Assembly: GCF_009914755.1 (NCBI RefSeq)
Contig: NC_060930.1
Strand: one strand, 5' to 3'
Length of the DNA: 64,000 bases
From: the human T2T-CHM13v2.0 reference genome, Homo sapiens
The position numbers and the translations under genes are program-made. Shown one piece after another: positions 1 to 17,284 of this stretch; positions within the stretch are counted from its first letter, which is position 1; each line of letters starts with the position of its first letter. The notes beneath the pieces are model-generated. The model was not told the DNA's origin. It ran no database searches and worked only from the letters and a program-made list of their open reading frames with translations.

Positions 1-516
1 AGTTAGGAAGGGTTTCACTGAGGGAAATATTCATGCTGGTTATTTGACAAACAGTATCCTTGAGAAGTAGATCCCAGTAGAAGTCTCTGAGTTGTCTGCC
101 TGGTCTCCTACCTGAGCAACCAGCACTTTATTCCTTGGCCAGATAAATGTGAGCCAAAATACCTTGTGGTTTCCTTGGAAATGCAGCTTAGCAACCATTT
201 CTGGGGACAAAAGTCCATAGTAATAGGCACCTGGCTGTTATCATGTTTGATGGGCCTATGTCTTTTCTTCTTTTTTAAGGACCTTAATACACCTTCCTTC
301 CATCTCTGACTCTATATTCTCAACACTTAAAATTAACAGGGTTAGTAAGCAAGGACCAGTGGGAACAAGAGAAGGGAAAATTGTCTAATGGGAAGTTTAT
401 TCATTCAGTCCTTGGGAGTTTTCAGTGAGCAGGTTGGATATATTTCCAATGTTTTTCTCAAATTTTTAGGAAAATTAACTATTAAAGTTTTTTTTTTAAA
501 TAAAAAGATGTTTATA

Positions 517-1112
<596 letters not shown>

Positions 1113-1750
1113 GGCTATTTATGTTGTTTTAATTGGGAAAAAAAAACTTTGAAAAAAATAAAAACTGAATAACATATAGAGCTGATAAAAAGGATTACAG
1201 TACCTATATACATACATAGCATTATTAAAATATATAGAATATAAACACCTATCATATACAAATCTTCTAAATAAGACCTTATCTGAAGATTTCAGTCATT
1301 AACTCAAAAAACACTGCTTCTCCATGCTGCTTATTAAAATCTGCTTCAACAAGTCCTTTACACTCCTGACTCAGCCATGCAGGTACATATTTTTAGTTCA
1401 CAGGATTAATTAAAAATATTTATTAAACTTTCTGGCCTATCCCTCAGCTTTCTGATCACTGGGAATCTACATTTGCAGATATTCTTCAGCACCCAAGCAC
1501 GCACTAGACTTGATCATGTCTGCCCAAGTCTTCCACCTGGGTTCTATGCTATGAGAATCACATTGTTAAATGAAATTTTGTTATTTTAAGTGTATTCCAT
1601 TTGGTGTGTTTTTTAGGGCTTTGCTTTCTATTTTCATTGATATTTTGCCTAGCATCTTCCTCTTTGTCTTCTTTCTCCACTCTTCACTTTACTATGTCTC
1701 TCAACAAACCTATATCTAGATGTAAACATATCCATAAAGAGGGGAGCTAA

Positions 1751-2055
<305 letters not shown>

Positions 2056-2344
2056 GCGGGGGAGCTAAAGGAAATATATTGAGAAACATTCAGCAAGAAA
2101 TCACAACTTCCTGATCCAGGGAAGATGGCTGGGGCTTTTTAAGCACTGAGTCTCTCCAAAATGATGCAAGCTGATACTACATCATTTCTAAACCTTCCAA
2201 TCTACTCGTTAAAAGCATATAGATTTATATTTAACTAAGTATATATACTAAGTGGGAGCAGAGAGTTCTGGAGTAAGGGAATAAAAGAAATAAAAGAAAG
2301 GAAAGAAATGTATTTAAGGAACTGGATCTGAGCTGTGAGCCTTA

Positions 2345-2517
2345 TAGGCACTATCTCATTTAATGTCTAAAACAAAACTGTAAAGTAGGTATGACTATCT
2401 CTGAGAGATAAACAGAGACTCGGAGAAGTTAATTAACTTTCCAACATTCTCGTAGCTACTAAGTGAAAGACCCAGAATTTGAAAGCAGCTGGGCTGATTC
2501 CACAGTTCATGCTTTCT
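2345..2517 (-). mobile_element. MIR SINE relic
   Basis: Diverged reverse MIR core (TCTCATTTAAT...AAACAGAGACTCGGAGAAGTTAATTAACTT...AGAATTTGAA). Confidence 0.7.
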
Positions 2518-3787
2518 ACTTGCTGAACTCTGCTCTCATGCCAAATGGCACCACCCAGAAGATGCTGAAAATCCATAGGGGGAGGATAGATTTACATTGA
2601 TAAGGGGGAAAAAGGTCTACTAAAAAAGGAAACCAGCAAATACAAGATAGGATACAATAAAATGCAACAAGGAAGGTGGTCAAGAAACATAACGCATGGC
2701 CATGGACAAAAAGCAAAGAAGAGGAACAACCTGTGTTGGATGGAGGTGAGCTTTGATGTTTCCCCCTTGAGCTCATTGATATTTACCTTTCCTGGGCTGA
2801 TGTGGAATTTGGATTCATTGGATGATTGCTCCACGCTCTCTTTGACCTTGTTTCTGAATGTGTATACAGAGTCCTGGGCTCCCCATGTATTGTTGTCATT
2901 TTTCCTTCCCTAACCTCCTTGCTCACCTATCCTTACCAAAACTCTTCCCCAAAATACCAGCTAAGCTAGTAATTCTTGAAAAATAACAAGGAAGTAGAAT
3001 TTGAAATTGTTTTGATAACATCTGTGCAAACAGCTGCAAATTCTACAGATCACATCATCCTGAGGGCTGCAGTGTTTACAGTAACAAAGAGTCAAACCAA
3101 ATATTTGCATCTGGGGCTTTACCTGTTAGAACAGCAGTGAAGAGTTCAAAGTCCAGGCTCAAGGCAACCATGGAGGGCTATCAGCAAGCTTTATGAGTGT
3201 TTCCCTCCAGGTTCCTAAGAGCTGACTCTTGGCCTTCTGCCAGCTCCTTTGAAATGGAGATATCAGCTCTCCTCATTCACTTATCAAAAACATGTCCATT
3301 TCTGGGCCAGATAAAATTGTTTGAGTGCTCTTTTGAAATCCAAAGCAGCCATTCCTGCTTTGCTCCAGGAAGACATTTAAAGTTACAGACTGACAAAAGA
3401 AGAAAAATAATTGAGGACCCTTATCCACACCATCAACACCTCTTGTTTCCTTCCCAGAATTTGAACTGAAAACCCTAGTATGCAGTAATAACTCGGAAAA
3501 TACCCGGACATTCTTCTGGGAACCCCCACCACATCTTTCTTTCATTCTTTGGATCATTATGAATCAGGATTTTAAAGGGAGTAACTTCATTTTGGTTTTG
3601 GTAGATTGAAATTAATTTAGGCCATTAGATGAAAGAAAGAGAAGGAGTGGAAATGTACTCATCCTATACTACCCCAAGTCTGGAAACATTACTCTTGAAA
3701 AATAAAATTCGTTTTAAATATAAGTTTAGCACAAATAATTCCCAGTGAAAAATAAACCCACATTTCTTCCAATAAAGAATATTGTAA

Positions 3788-4091
<304 letters not shown>

Positions 4092-5012
4092 CTAGTGGAA
4101 CTTCATGTCATGCTAGAATGCGGAGTAGGTACCAGACACTTGCTGGTGAATTTTTGTGTAATACTGAAAAAAGAAGCATTATACAGGCACTGGGCAACTT
4201 ACACTTTCAGAGTTTTCTGGGCTTTCCTGATGTACATATCAGACATATCACCTAAACAGAAAAATATGTGTCTACAAATCTAGTGTGTGTCTACTGGTTG
4301 TATACAATCTAACAAAGCAAAATTGACTATGTTTTAAAACTTTGTGCTTTAAATATTCATAGCATTTCCTCAATTATAGACTAAATATAGTTTCAGCCAA
4401 GTTTTGAGGATTAATAATAAAGAAAAATATCATTTATAATCTGATTTTACTTTTTGATAAATAACAAGCCAATATTTAGGGCTTGGAAAGTATTTTGCCA
4501 ATTATTTTATTCCTCTCTAAACATATCACAGGATAGTTAAAAGCTGAAATATGTCCCATTTCTTGGAGGCTTACATTACCAAGTTTTCAAAAAAGCAGGA
4601 TTTTTTTTTTATAGTCCTCAAGAGTATCCCTACAACCAACTTCAACTGGCCTGATAGCTTTGCAAGCCTCTGAGTCAAGGCTCAACAGCTGAAACAAAAA
4701 AGCCAGAGAATGGTCTATTCAACAGACTGAGGCATGTAAGAATAAAACAAAACTGCTTTATGCCATTACCAAAACTCCTAAATTATCTTTTCCTAACTAT
4801 TTAAAAGCAATAAATGCAACTCCACAAAGCCTGAGAGACTTTCATAGTGCATGACTGTAGTCATTCCTCAGTTGGAGCCATGGGAAATACCACAAACCTC
4901 AGAGAATTGCACATATGTGGAAACTTTTCCCATAGAATTGTAGTAGGTGTGTGTTGTGGTTTAAGTCCCTTTATGACTAATGTAGTGGCTGATTTGTTTA
5001 CGATTTCATTTC

Positions 5013-5290
5013 TTTTTTTTTTTTTTTTTTTTTTTGAGATGGAGTCTTGCTCTGTTGCCCAGGCTGGAATGCTGTGGCGCAATCCTCCCTGGTTCAAGCA
5101 ATTCTCCCTTCCTCAGCCTCCTGAGGATATCAGGCGCCGGCCACCACGTCAGGCTAATTTTTGTATTTTTAGTAGAAAAGAGGTTTCACCATGTTGGTCA
5201 GGCTGATCTCGAACTCCTGACCTCAGGTGATCTGCCCACCTCGGCCTCTCAAAGTGTTGGGTTTACAGGCGTGGGCCACCACGCCTGACC
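5013..5290 (-). mobile_element. AluS SINE with internal deletions
   Basis: Poly(T) then reverse Alu; TSD GATTTCATTTCTTTT. Confidence 0.93.
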
Positions 5291-6361
5291 AAGATTTCAT
5301 TTCTTTTACGGGTCTCAGTGGCTACAAAACATTGCCATGAGGACTGTTTGTGGGGTTTTGGTTTCCGTTTCTGACCAGTGTACCAGTCCTTTTAGAAATG
5401 TGTCTCCCAAAGAAAGGACGAGAAAACTGCGGAGCAGGGAGGAGACCAGCAGAAGTCTAACTTGTGATTGTACCTCTCTGCCCTGAAGGGGAAATTTTCT
5501 TCCCAGTAATAAAAATGTGGTGGAGCCCAGATTCTTTATTCAGTTGAAGTTCCTTCCAAGAACAGCAAAGGGGGGCCTCAAGGTCTAAAGCTGCTTGGGC
5601 ACGTTCACATTCACCCCTGGCCTCTGCAAGATGCAACCATGTGGCCTTGGGGAACAGTAAAAGCCGAGGTGTGTCAGGCCAGCCAGCTGACCATAAACTG
5701 TGCTTATCACACGAATGACTCCTTGTTTTCATGCTGAAAATATGCACCTCCTGGAAGCTCATCTTTCTTGGTCTGATGTGTGTGATGTGATTTACATCAT
5801 GGAATGCAGGGGACATGTGCTCACAAGCATTCTGATTCAGGAATCAGGTTTCTATTATGTACTCCATTTGTATTGCCTTCTGCGGTGACCTTAATACATT
5901 TTTTTCTTTTTAATTTTGGACTTATTTTAGAGCAATTTATTTTCTATCAAATCCTAAGCCTAGAATGTCTACATGGAAGATAATTGCACTACAGTAAGCA
6001 AAATGTCCTGGAGCCTAATTTCACAAGTCTCATTTTCCTGCGGTCAGGGGGCCCTTGGCCTTGGTACCTAGGAAGGGCGCTCATGTGAGTAACTGAGTCA
6101 TGAGAACATCCCCCTTGGCCTACTCTCTGGGCAGTTATCTTCTGCTGAGTGGTGTGTGGGTGAACATACATGGGGTCGCAAGCTCCTCAAAGAGATAAGA
6201 CAGGTCTCATGGATACATCATGGATAGATTTGCCAGAACTAGTTATATTAATATATTGTGCTTCCTCCTGAGGCTGTGTTTGTATTCACTGAAGCTTACT
6301 TCTCAGGCAAATGTAGGGAGTAACAAATAAGCTTTATGTTCCTAGGAGTCAGGAAGTCTAG

Positions 6362-6717
<356 letters not shown>

Positions 6718-7384
6718 TAGTTGAGTTTAGTTTTTTGTTATTTTTTTCTCTGTAGGATCTCTGAGTCTTTAATATGCTAATGGGTATTATTGTAAGTTCT
6801 AAGTGTGTATAATGTATCCCAAGTTAGCATGACTATTGAATACTCCCCCACCCCAATAAAAGCCTATTATTATAACTTGAGCTATAAGTTTCCATAGAAT
6901 ATAGTTCAAAAGACCTCTTTCTAGAAGCAGAAGTTTTCTTCCTGCTCTAAAGTTCTATGAATTTACAAAAACAATGCAGAATTACACACTTTAATGGAGA
7001 TATAAAAAGAGGTCCAGTTGATGATCTTATTGTAGCAATAAAGGATTTATATTGCATATAAACGTATTCACTATAGATAGTTTAAGCAGAAGAGTACTTA
7101 TAACCAGTAGCTTATACCATGTAATTGAAGACCAAAAAACTAGTCTTGAATGCTACCAAGGAAAACCCAGGAAAAATGCCCAACCACATCAGTTTTCCTA
7201 CCAAAAACACCTCTGCTGTTGCTGCTGACTTTTTGGCTCACATGGCACTAGAAAACAGAAGTGAAAACTCCACTAAAGCACCCCTGGAAGTACTACCCAT
7301 GCCACTGTGCTTGCTGAAAGCTACAATTTCCCCCGTGTGTGTATGCTACCTAACCTTGCTTACTTCTGCCCCAAGCAGCACATT

Positions 7385-8350
<966 letters not shown>

Positions 8351-9524
8351 TTTGCCTTTGCATGATGGAGCCCAGTTTACTCCTCAAATTCAAACTGCAA
8401 GAGCTCTGGGAGAATTACATTGTTAGCTTTCCATACTCTAAAATTCAATAAGACAAGTCAGAAGTGGTTGTTGTTTATATTAAGTGAGTCAATCCCTAGT
8501 GTCGTCCACCCACTTTTTTTGAAAATTATTTTCCAAAATATCTTTTACAGCCTATATGATAGGCTAAAAGATGTCATTTCATTTTTTGTTTGTGTAAAAT
8601 GGCAAAGATCAACCTGTCCTGTGAATGAGTATTCAAGAAAAAGTAATTAACATTGCTATCAGCAATTTCCTTGTATGCATCAACCAGTTGGGTGAACTCA
8701 TATAAATATTCCTGCTGATTTCTCTATTAAAAAATGCTTAGAGAATAGACAATTTAGGAGATTACTGCTACTCCAGGAGTGGCCACTTTAGCAGGACTGT
8801 TGACATGGAGACTTTCCATGACCTTACACACATGTTGATAAGAATGCCTGTGGCCTCTGGTTCTCATCAGTATTGAGTAGATTGATAATATTCTCAGTGG
8901 TCTTCTCATAGCGAGTCCAGCAAACCATCAACAAAGTAAAGCTAATAAGAGAGGGATTTTTTAAAATCTTTCAGCAGAGAAGCATTAGGGCAAGTTATAT
9001 TTATCTGATCATGTACTACTATTTCTCCCAGGGAGTGTGAGAGGATGGGGAGCCGATAGTGTTCCATGAAAGTAGAAAAGTTTTGTGATTCACCACAAAG
9101 ATGAATTTGTTTTCCACATAATGAATGTGTAGTATTTGATTCTCCCCACACTAAAGTGGTTCGGTTTATTTTTACATCAAGTAAATTTTAGCCATCTCCC
9201 TTGCTTTATTAATACTCTCTAACCCAATTTCCTTTCATTTCAAAACCACCAATGGTGAGGAAGGGTAAACAATAAGAACGACATGTAAGAAATTGTGGTA
9301 TCCAAAAACAAAACGAAAAGCCCTATTTGCTTTACCTCATGTCGTAATTTCCCAGACTTGTTCCTCTTGGCAGTGTTGAGCTCCGCGTTTTCTCCCAGGG
9401 AGCAGAGCAACTTCTTACAAAACCTTACTTCGTGGGTTTTCCCAGGTGCCTGTTATTTCCTGAGCAGCACATAGTAGCAGTCCCTTAATCTTTACAGTTC
9501 TGAAAGTTGGCAAAGTGCCTTCAG

Positions 9525-9710
9525 AAAGTCTTGTCTTATTTCAATTGATTCCTTTGCAACAACCCAATAGGAGTCAGGACATGTATCATTATTTCCAGTT
9601 TATAAACAGCAGAAACTTCCATTTCTAGAGGTACATAACTGGCTTACACTATGATAAGCCACGACATGGAGATCAGAACCCAAGTCTTTGGAGTGTAAAT
9701 GAGGCAGTCT
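9525..9710 (-). mobile_element. MIR SINE relic
   Basis: Diverged reverse core (CAACAACCC...ATCATTATTTCCAGTTTATAAACAGCAGAAACT). Confidence 0.55.
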
Positions 9711-10506
9711 TTCCCCAGGACTCCTGTCCTCTTACCAATACATCAGTGAATGGCTGGAAATAAAAATTTAATAGGCAATGACTTCCTGCTGTTCTCTAGT
9801 CTTGCCTACCCAAATCCTCTTCACACTCAGAAAATGCACATGAGACACTATTGACAAAACTAAGTACAAGTTTCGAAGCATTGACCTTTGAATAGGAAGG
9901 AAAAAGAAAAAAGAAATTTGCAAGCATAAATTTGTATACTGCTTACCTCATAAGTTTTACCCTTTTTCCTCCAGACCAACCATTTCTTATAGTCTGTTCC
10001 TAACTCCTCCTGGCTTCTGCCTAGACTTGCTGCTGACAGCCTTTTTTGTCTGAGTAAGTTGTATTTGCCCCTGCAGACTCTGCTCAGACTTTTCCCAGGC
10101 TGGTCAGGAGAGTCCTGTTCTGATCCAGTCTATTTCTCTTCTTATCAAATTATTAAAATTTCTGCTAAAGTGTACATAACCCTCTATAGGATATGAGCCC
10201 ATTTACGTTTCTTATTTATCTTGCGTCCTCTGTATTTAACTCAGTGCAGGGAATTTCAGCACTGAAATGTCTGTGGAATTAGGATTTAATAAGCAATGGT
10301 TTTATTGGCTAGGAAATAGCAGCAAACAAAGGTGAGCCTCCAGAGGTGTAACTTCCCTATCCAAACTTTCTCTGTGGGGACTGAGAACCTAGGAAGGGAA
10401 TGAGTCACCTCCTTTTACACTTTGCCATGAGTTGGTCTAGAGAGGGGAGTAGAACAGACGGAGTGAGGCCAAGGGTCCTAGGATATAAGGGTACACCTGT
10501 GGGTAC

Positions 10507-10965
10507 TGTGGTGACCATGGAGGTGCCCCATTCAAATCTTCCTTCCAGAGGACCCGCAGCAGAGAAGAGAGCTGACTAACAGCCTTCTGATGCCCCACCT
10601 TTAAGCTGGTTGCAGCGTTCAAACCAGATGCTACTTTCCACGGGCTGCTCCCAGATAATGGCATAGTGCAGTGGGGATAATAGGACCAGGCCACCTCTGC
10701 CTGACACAGAACTCCTCTAATGAGAAGCTTCAGGTCTTGGAGCCGGGGGATCCTCACTGGCCTGGCAGAGACATTCTTAGAGCTGCACTGTGGTCTGAGG
10801 CTCCTCCCAACTCCGTCCTTCCTTCTTGCTCTCCTTTCTCAGACCCGCATCAGGGGCTGAAGGCCATCCCCGACACCTCATGCTCCCTGCCCGTTTTTCC
10901 TAATAAATCTCTTGCTCATCTAATCCCATTTTGACTGGGTCCTTTTTAGAGGACCCAGACTGACA
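10507..10965 (+). mobile_element. LTR16-like ERVL solo LTR
   Basis: TG...CA ends; CTGTGGTCTGAGGCTCCTCC, AATAAATCTCTTGC poly(A) region and GAGGACCCAGACTGACA terminus typical of LTR16. Confidence 0.75.
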
Positions 10966-11449
10966 GAGATACTTCAAGATTTAGGGCTAAAAGTGTATTT
11001 TTTAAATGCCACTCAAAATCTGTAGACCACTATCCAGAATTTAACAATGCCCTACTTAGTCTTGAGCTGTGTAGTAGTTTAGAGTTAGAGCTTAAAATAC
11101 AAGATAGAAAAATAGGTTCTGCTTCTGCACATCTGAGGTACACACAGGCAAAGTGGAGGGGCAAAGGAGCCCAGGCTGGCCTGCCACTGGTGCAAGAAGG
11201 ATCAGGCTGCTGTGGAATCCTGTGACAACTGGACTGTGGCCAAGTCATCGGGGTACCACATGGGTTGAGGAGCACGGAGCAGGCCTCTGACAGCCACAGA
11301 ATATAAATAACACAGCTGCCTCCGCCACTAGCCAGCTGAGGAGAGCCACAGAGAAGAGGAGAGGGCAAGAATTAACTTGCGCATCAGCCCCTGAAATGGA
11401 CTAACACTTCCATTGTTACCTTGTTTTTAAAATTTTAATTTGGTATTTT

Positions 11450-11730
11450 GGCCGGGTGTGGTGGCTCATGCCTGTAATCCTAGCACTTTGGGAGGCCAAG
11501 CTGGCAGATCACCTGAGGTCAGGGATTCGAGACCAGCCTGGCCAACATTGCGAAACCCTGTCTCTACTAAAAATTCAGAAATTAGCCTGGTGTGGTGGCA
11601 CATGCCTGTAATCCCAGCTACTTGGGAGGCTGAGGCAGGAGAATCACCTGAACCCAGGAGGCGGAGGTTGCCGTGAGCCAAGATCACACCACTGAACTCC
11701 AGCCTGGGGGACAGAGCGAGAATCCATCTC

Positions 11731-11764
<34 letters not shown>

Positions 11765-11775
11765 TATTTTTTTTT
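11450..11775 (+). mobile_element. AluS SINE with an A/(TA)n/T tail
   Basis: Full dimer; flanking repeat TTTTAATT(T/G)GGTATTT. Confidence 0.95.
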
Positions 11776-12263
11776 AATTGGGTATTTCAAACCACTTTAT
11801 ACGTTTGTTGTGTTTGTGGATATTCATACCAGAAATGTATGTAAATATGAGGGTTGTGACTTGGAAGCATTTTATTGTATGGGGAAATCTTTGAGATGCC
11901 AAACAGCAAATAGTTAATTAACCCTTTAAAAAACCTCCTTCACATAAAGACCCCAAGCTCCATGAGAACAAAACCTCTAGTTCCTTAAAAATAGAGCACT
12001 CAGTCACCCAAACATGCTAGGCTGAGTTTCACTTCTTTCACAGAATCTTCTAAGCCACACCTAAACTAAACTATCAGCCTCTCTTTGATCATGTGAGCAG
12101 GTAAATTAAGTAACAACAGGTCTACACGGAGACACTTGGATAAATTACAATGTCTGGTTTACTTATCTTTGTGGTATTTCTGAACCTAATATTAATGTGA
12201 TTTATAATTTTGCCATTCTTCAAAATAAGACAAATTTAAAGAAACAATAAAAAAGTTTACTGA

Positions 12264-12654
<391 letters not shown>

Positions 12655-13189
12655 TTAACGCAGTTCTTTCACCTTTATTTAGTTCAATGAATAACATAAA
12701 AGAGAGTAAGTCAGAGTCCCTACCACAGCTACCCCAAAGATTTTACACAACCTCCTGGAACGGTTTAGCCTTCAACCTCTGAGAAACGCAGGAGCCAACA
12801 TTTTCCTGGACCTCTCTTTCTACTGTTTAATATTACAGAAGTAGTAACTTTCTTTTTTCTTCCCAACTATAAAATTGTATAATTATACTGAATAAATTTT
12901 TTCAAATCACAAATACTCTAATGAAGACTCTAATGTATTCTATTACATCCCTGAATATCAGGGTAGGTCTCCTCAATATCAGTTGAGAATTATTGGTCTG
13001 GTCTAACACTCTTACTTTACAGATGAGAAAAATTGAAGCCACAAATTAAGTGATTTGCCTAAGTTTACAAAATTAATAAAAACCTGAAATTGATTATATG
13101 TTATATCAACTTACCTTAATCAATTTGAAAAGCATATTCTAATATTTTTGAAAGACAATGAATACAATAATCGAAAAATAATTTCTCCC

Positions 13190-13558
13190 TGTATTAGTCC
13201 ATTTTCACACTGCTGTAAAGAACTGCCTGAGACTGGGTAAATTATTAAGAAATAGGCTTATTTGACTCACAGTTCTGCATGGCTGGGGAGGGCTCAGGAA
13301 ACTTACAATCATGGCAGAAGGCAAAGGGGGAAGCAAGGCATGTGTTACATGGTGGCAAGAGAGAGAGAGAGAGAGAGAGAGAGAAGGGAAGCACCACACT
13401 TTTAAACCATCAGATTTCATGAGAACTCACTCACTATCATGAGAACAGCATGGGGGAAATCCTCCTCCATGATCTAATCATCTCCCACCAGGTCCCTCCC
13501 CTGACATATGCGGATTAAAATTCCACATTGGGTGGGAACACAGAGCCAAACCGTATCA
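13190..13558 (-). mobile_element. THE1/MSTA-type MaLR solo LTR
   Basis: TGTATTAGTCCATTTTCACACTGCT...GAAACTTACAATCATGGCAGAAGG...CACAGAGCCAAACCGTATCA; internal (GA)n. Confidence 0.92.
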
Positions 13559-14814
13559 GTACCTCTGAATGATAAAATGCGACAAATTTCCTATGGTATA
13601 ATTATACTCTGCCTGTTAAGTTTCTATGTCCTGCCTTTCACATAGTCTCTTGTAAGGAGTAGGGCATCATTCCTGCCTTCAAGGGGTTTATGGTCTAGTG
13701 GGTACAACAGACAAATAAATGGATTGCTTCAATTTATGAAGCAGATTTAATGAAGGGGGGAAAACAGTGATGTTCAAGCAGAGAAGAGAGTGATCCAACC
13801 AAGGTTAGTGGTCAGGAAGATTCTTGAAGCAGTCTTCTTACCTCTACAAGACGAATGTTCCTAAAACAGAACCTATAACTGTTTCATCTTAGTGATCCAC
13901 GGTGTCTGCTATGATACCTGGTTTATTTACCCTTAAAAAATATTGCTTTCACTTTTGCATGACAGTTTTCTTACACAATACTATAGCCAAATAGTTTTCA
14001 GAACTTTGCAAACACCTACATGATTGCACTCAATGCTATTTCTTTTCAATTGTTTAAGTACTTGAATAAAATTTATTAAACCATATGATATGCAAAGAAA
14101 GAAAGAAAAAACTCTTGTTTTTCTATTCAAAAGGGAATTTTTTCTCACTCTCTCTTCTGTTTTGACTTAGGAGAACTTGACTCTGTGTGTTTTGTATAAG
14201 TAAAAATAAAAACAGAATTCTACCAATTAAATGATATAAATGAATCGAACAATTAAAACATAATAAAAACAGACTCATCTTTAAAATATTCAGTAAGATA
14301 GATAGCCTGAATTATTTTACTTATAATACAGAGCAAGAATTGAAAAGTTTTAAGGACATGTTCTTACAAGGTCTATAATTTGCTCACCCAAGACTGCCTC
14401 TTTGACTCCAACTTCCTTACCTCCTCCCTTCTCCATTGGCTTAAGCACTGGCCTGGACAAGCAGTGTGCCAACACTGCCTTTTTCTCAGAATACAAGAAT
14501 TGTGCCACCCACAGTCCCATGGCTGGAGGCCAGGGCACTGCCAGCAGCACAGACATGAGTCAGGCTGTGGCTTGTGTAAGAATTCCTGGTCTAGGTTCTT
14601 TCCTGACAGTTCACTTGGAATTGCCACCATTGACAGTATGACGGCAAGAAGTATGTGATAGGAAAGTATATAGTAAGACAAGTCAGGAAACTTGACTCCC
14701 AGTCTTACTTTCTGGAGGTGTGACCATTAGCATTTCTCCTAATCTGCTCTGTCTACCTCATAGAATTATTATAAGAACCAGAATGAGACAATGAAAACTA
14801 AATATTTAATTTTA

Positions 14815-15385
14815 GTTAGTGAGGGAAAAGAGATATTCTCATATGCCATTAGTCAGAGTATAGATTACAATACTTTTTGGCAGTAATTATTAAACATAAA
14901 AATGTCCAGACCTGTGGCCTAGTTATTCCTTTTCTGGAAATTTAGCCTCAGGAAATAATTAAGAAAGTGCAGAAATATGTATATAAAAGGATGTTTACCA
15001 ATGTGCTATTTGTAATAACCAAATATTAGAAATAACAAAGTGTCTAATAATAGAATTTGGGTAAATAAATTAGAATATACCTACATAGCAGAGTACTATA
15101 CAGCTATAAAAATAATGTAAAAATAAAGAATATAGCTATTGTTATGTGATGTACAAAATGTAGTTATTAAATATACAAACAAATCACAAATGTGTATATA
15201 TAATGACACACACACACACTTACATAGAGAGAGAAGAGGTGGGAGTATGGAATTATACTCACCAAGAGGCCCAAAAGGTTTAACTCAAAGTAATGTTGTT
15301 TTATTTTTCTTCTGTTTATGTGTCTGTTTTCCAATTTTCTTATATTGTGTGGGTATTTTTATTGTAATAAAGAAAAATACATTTA
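14815..15385 (+). mobile_element. Old L1M (L1ME-like) 3' fragment
   Basis: Diverged L1 3' motifs AAGGATGTTTACC...TATTTGTAATAACCAAA...GAGTACTATACAGCTATAAAAA. Confidence 0.65.
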
Positions 15386-16452
15386 CATATAAAAAGTAAG
15401 ATACATTACATGAAAACATGTTGTAGTAATTGTTTTACAAGTGCAAGGTACTATTATGTTCTGGTAGCTTCTGTAGACTACCCTTATGGCATATCTAGGG
15501 ATCTAGATATTATATATTCATGTAAATTATGAAATGGCCTAGCCTTTGTTGTCTCAATGGTATATTTGTCACTATAAATTTGTGATTGAAAAATTGAGAA
15601 AGCTTCTCCTTTTTCCATGGCAAGAGACTACTAAACATTTAAATACTGAAATAGTTTGTAAAGCTTCATTAAAATGAACATTCTTTTAGTAAATTTAATT
15701 GAGGTTGAAAATTATGATATCTATGCAGAGGGTGATGAATATTGTAAAAGAGATACATTTATCTTTGTATAACAAGCTTGATAGTTTTCACCTACAAATA
15801 TGTCATACAGTGTTCTCAAATACTTACTACATTTGCAAATAAGAAACTCTAGCTCTGTTACTGGTTCCAGCAGAAACTATCTACAGTACCTCAGACATGT
15901 ATAGCTTGTCTGTACTTGATTTAATTTGTCTATGAAGTGAACATCATGTTGGCAAAGCCTTAAAACGAAGTTTAACGTATGTACATACAATTCTTATGAA
16001 CCTCTTAAAAATGGAGAAGGAGCAGAATTTGGAAAAGGAAGAGAAATACGCTTTGATGGTTTATTGAACAGAATTTCCTAGCTGTTTCTTAATTAGATAC
16101 TACAAAACTTATTTAATGAGCCAATTCCCGTGCTTTAACTCCAACAAGTTACTATGCTGCTGCTGCTAAAATTTAAACTACTGGCATTCAAGGCTGACTT
16201 ACAAACACTACTATTTTTTATTTGGGTCAAGTCTTCTTAAGAAATTTGTAGCTAACTTTAATTTAAATATCATTTTTCTAAATAATACATAAACTTCTAA
16301 TATAAAGCTACTCTAAATATATAGTATTAATTTTTCAAAATTAAGCCAAATACTGAATTATATTTTATTGAATTATTGGCGCATGTAAATATATAGAAAC
16401 ACAACCAATAAAAATCAATCATTGTCTCTACTCATTACCATTGTATCACATT

Positions 16453-16863
<411 letters not shown>

Positions 16864-16901
16864 TCAGTGTCTCATTCTAAAATAAATAAAAGAAATTTAA
16901 G

Positions 16902-17284
<383 letters not shown>

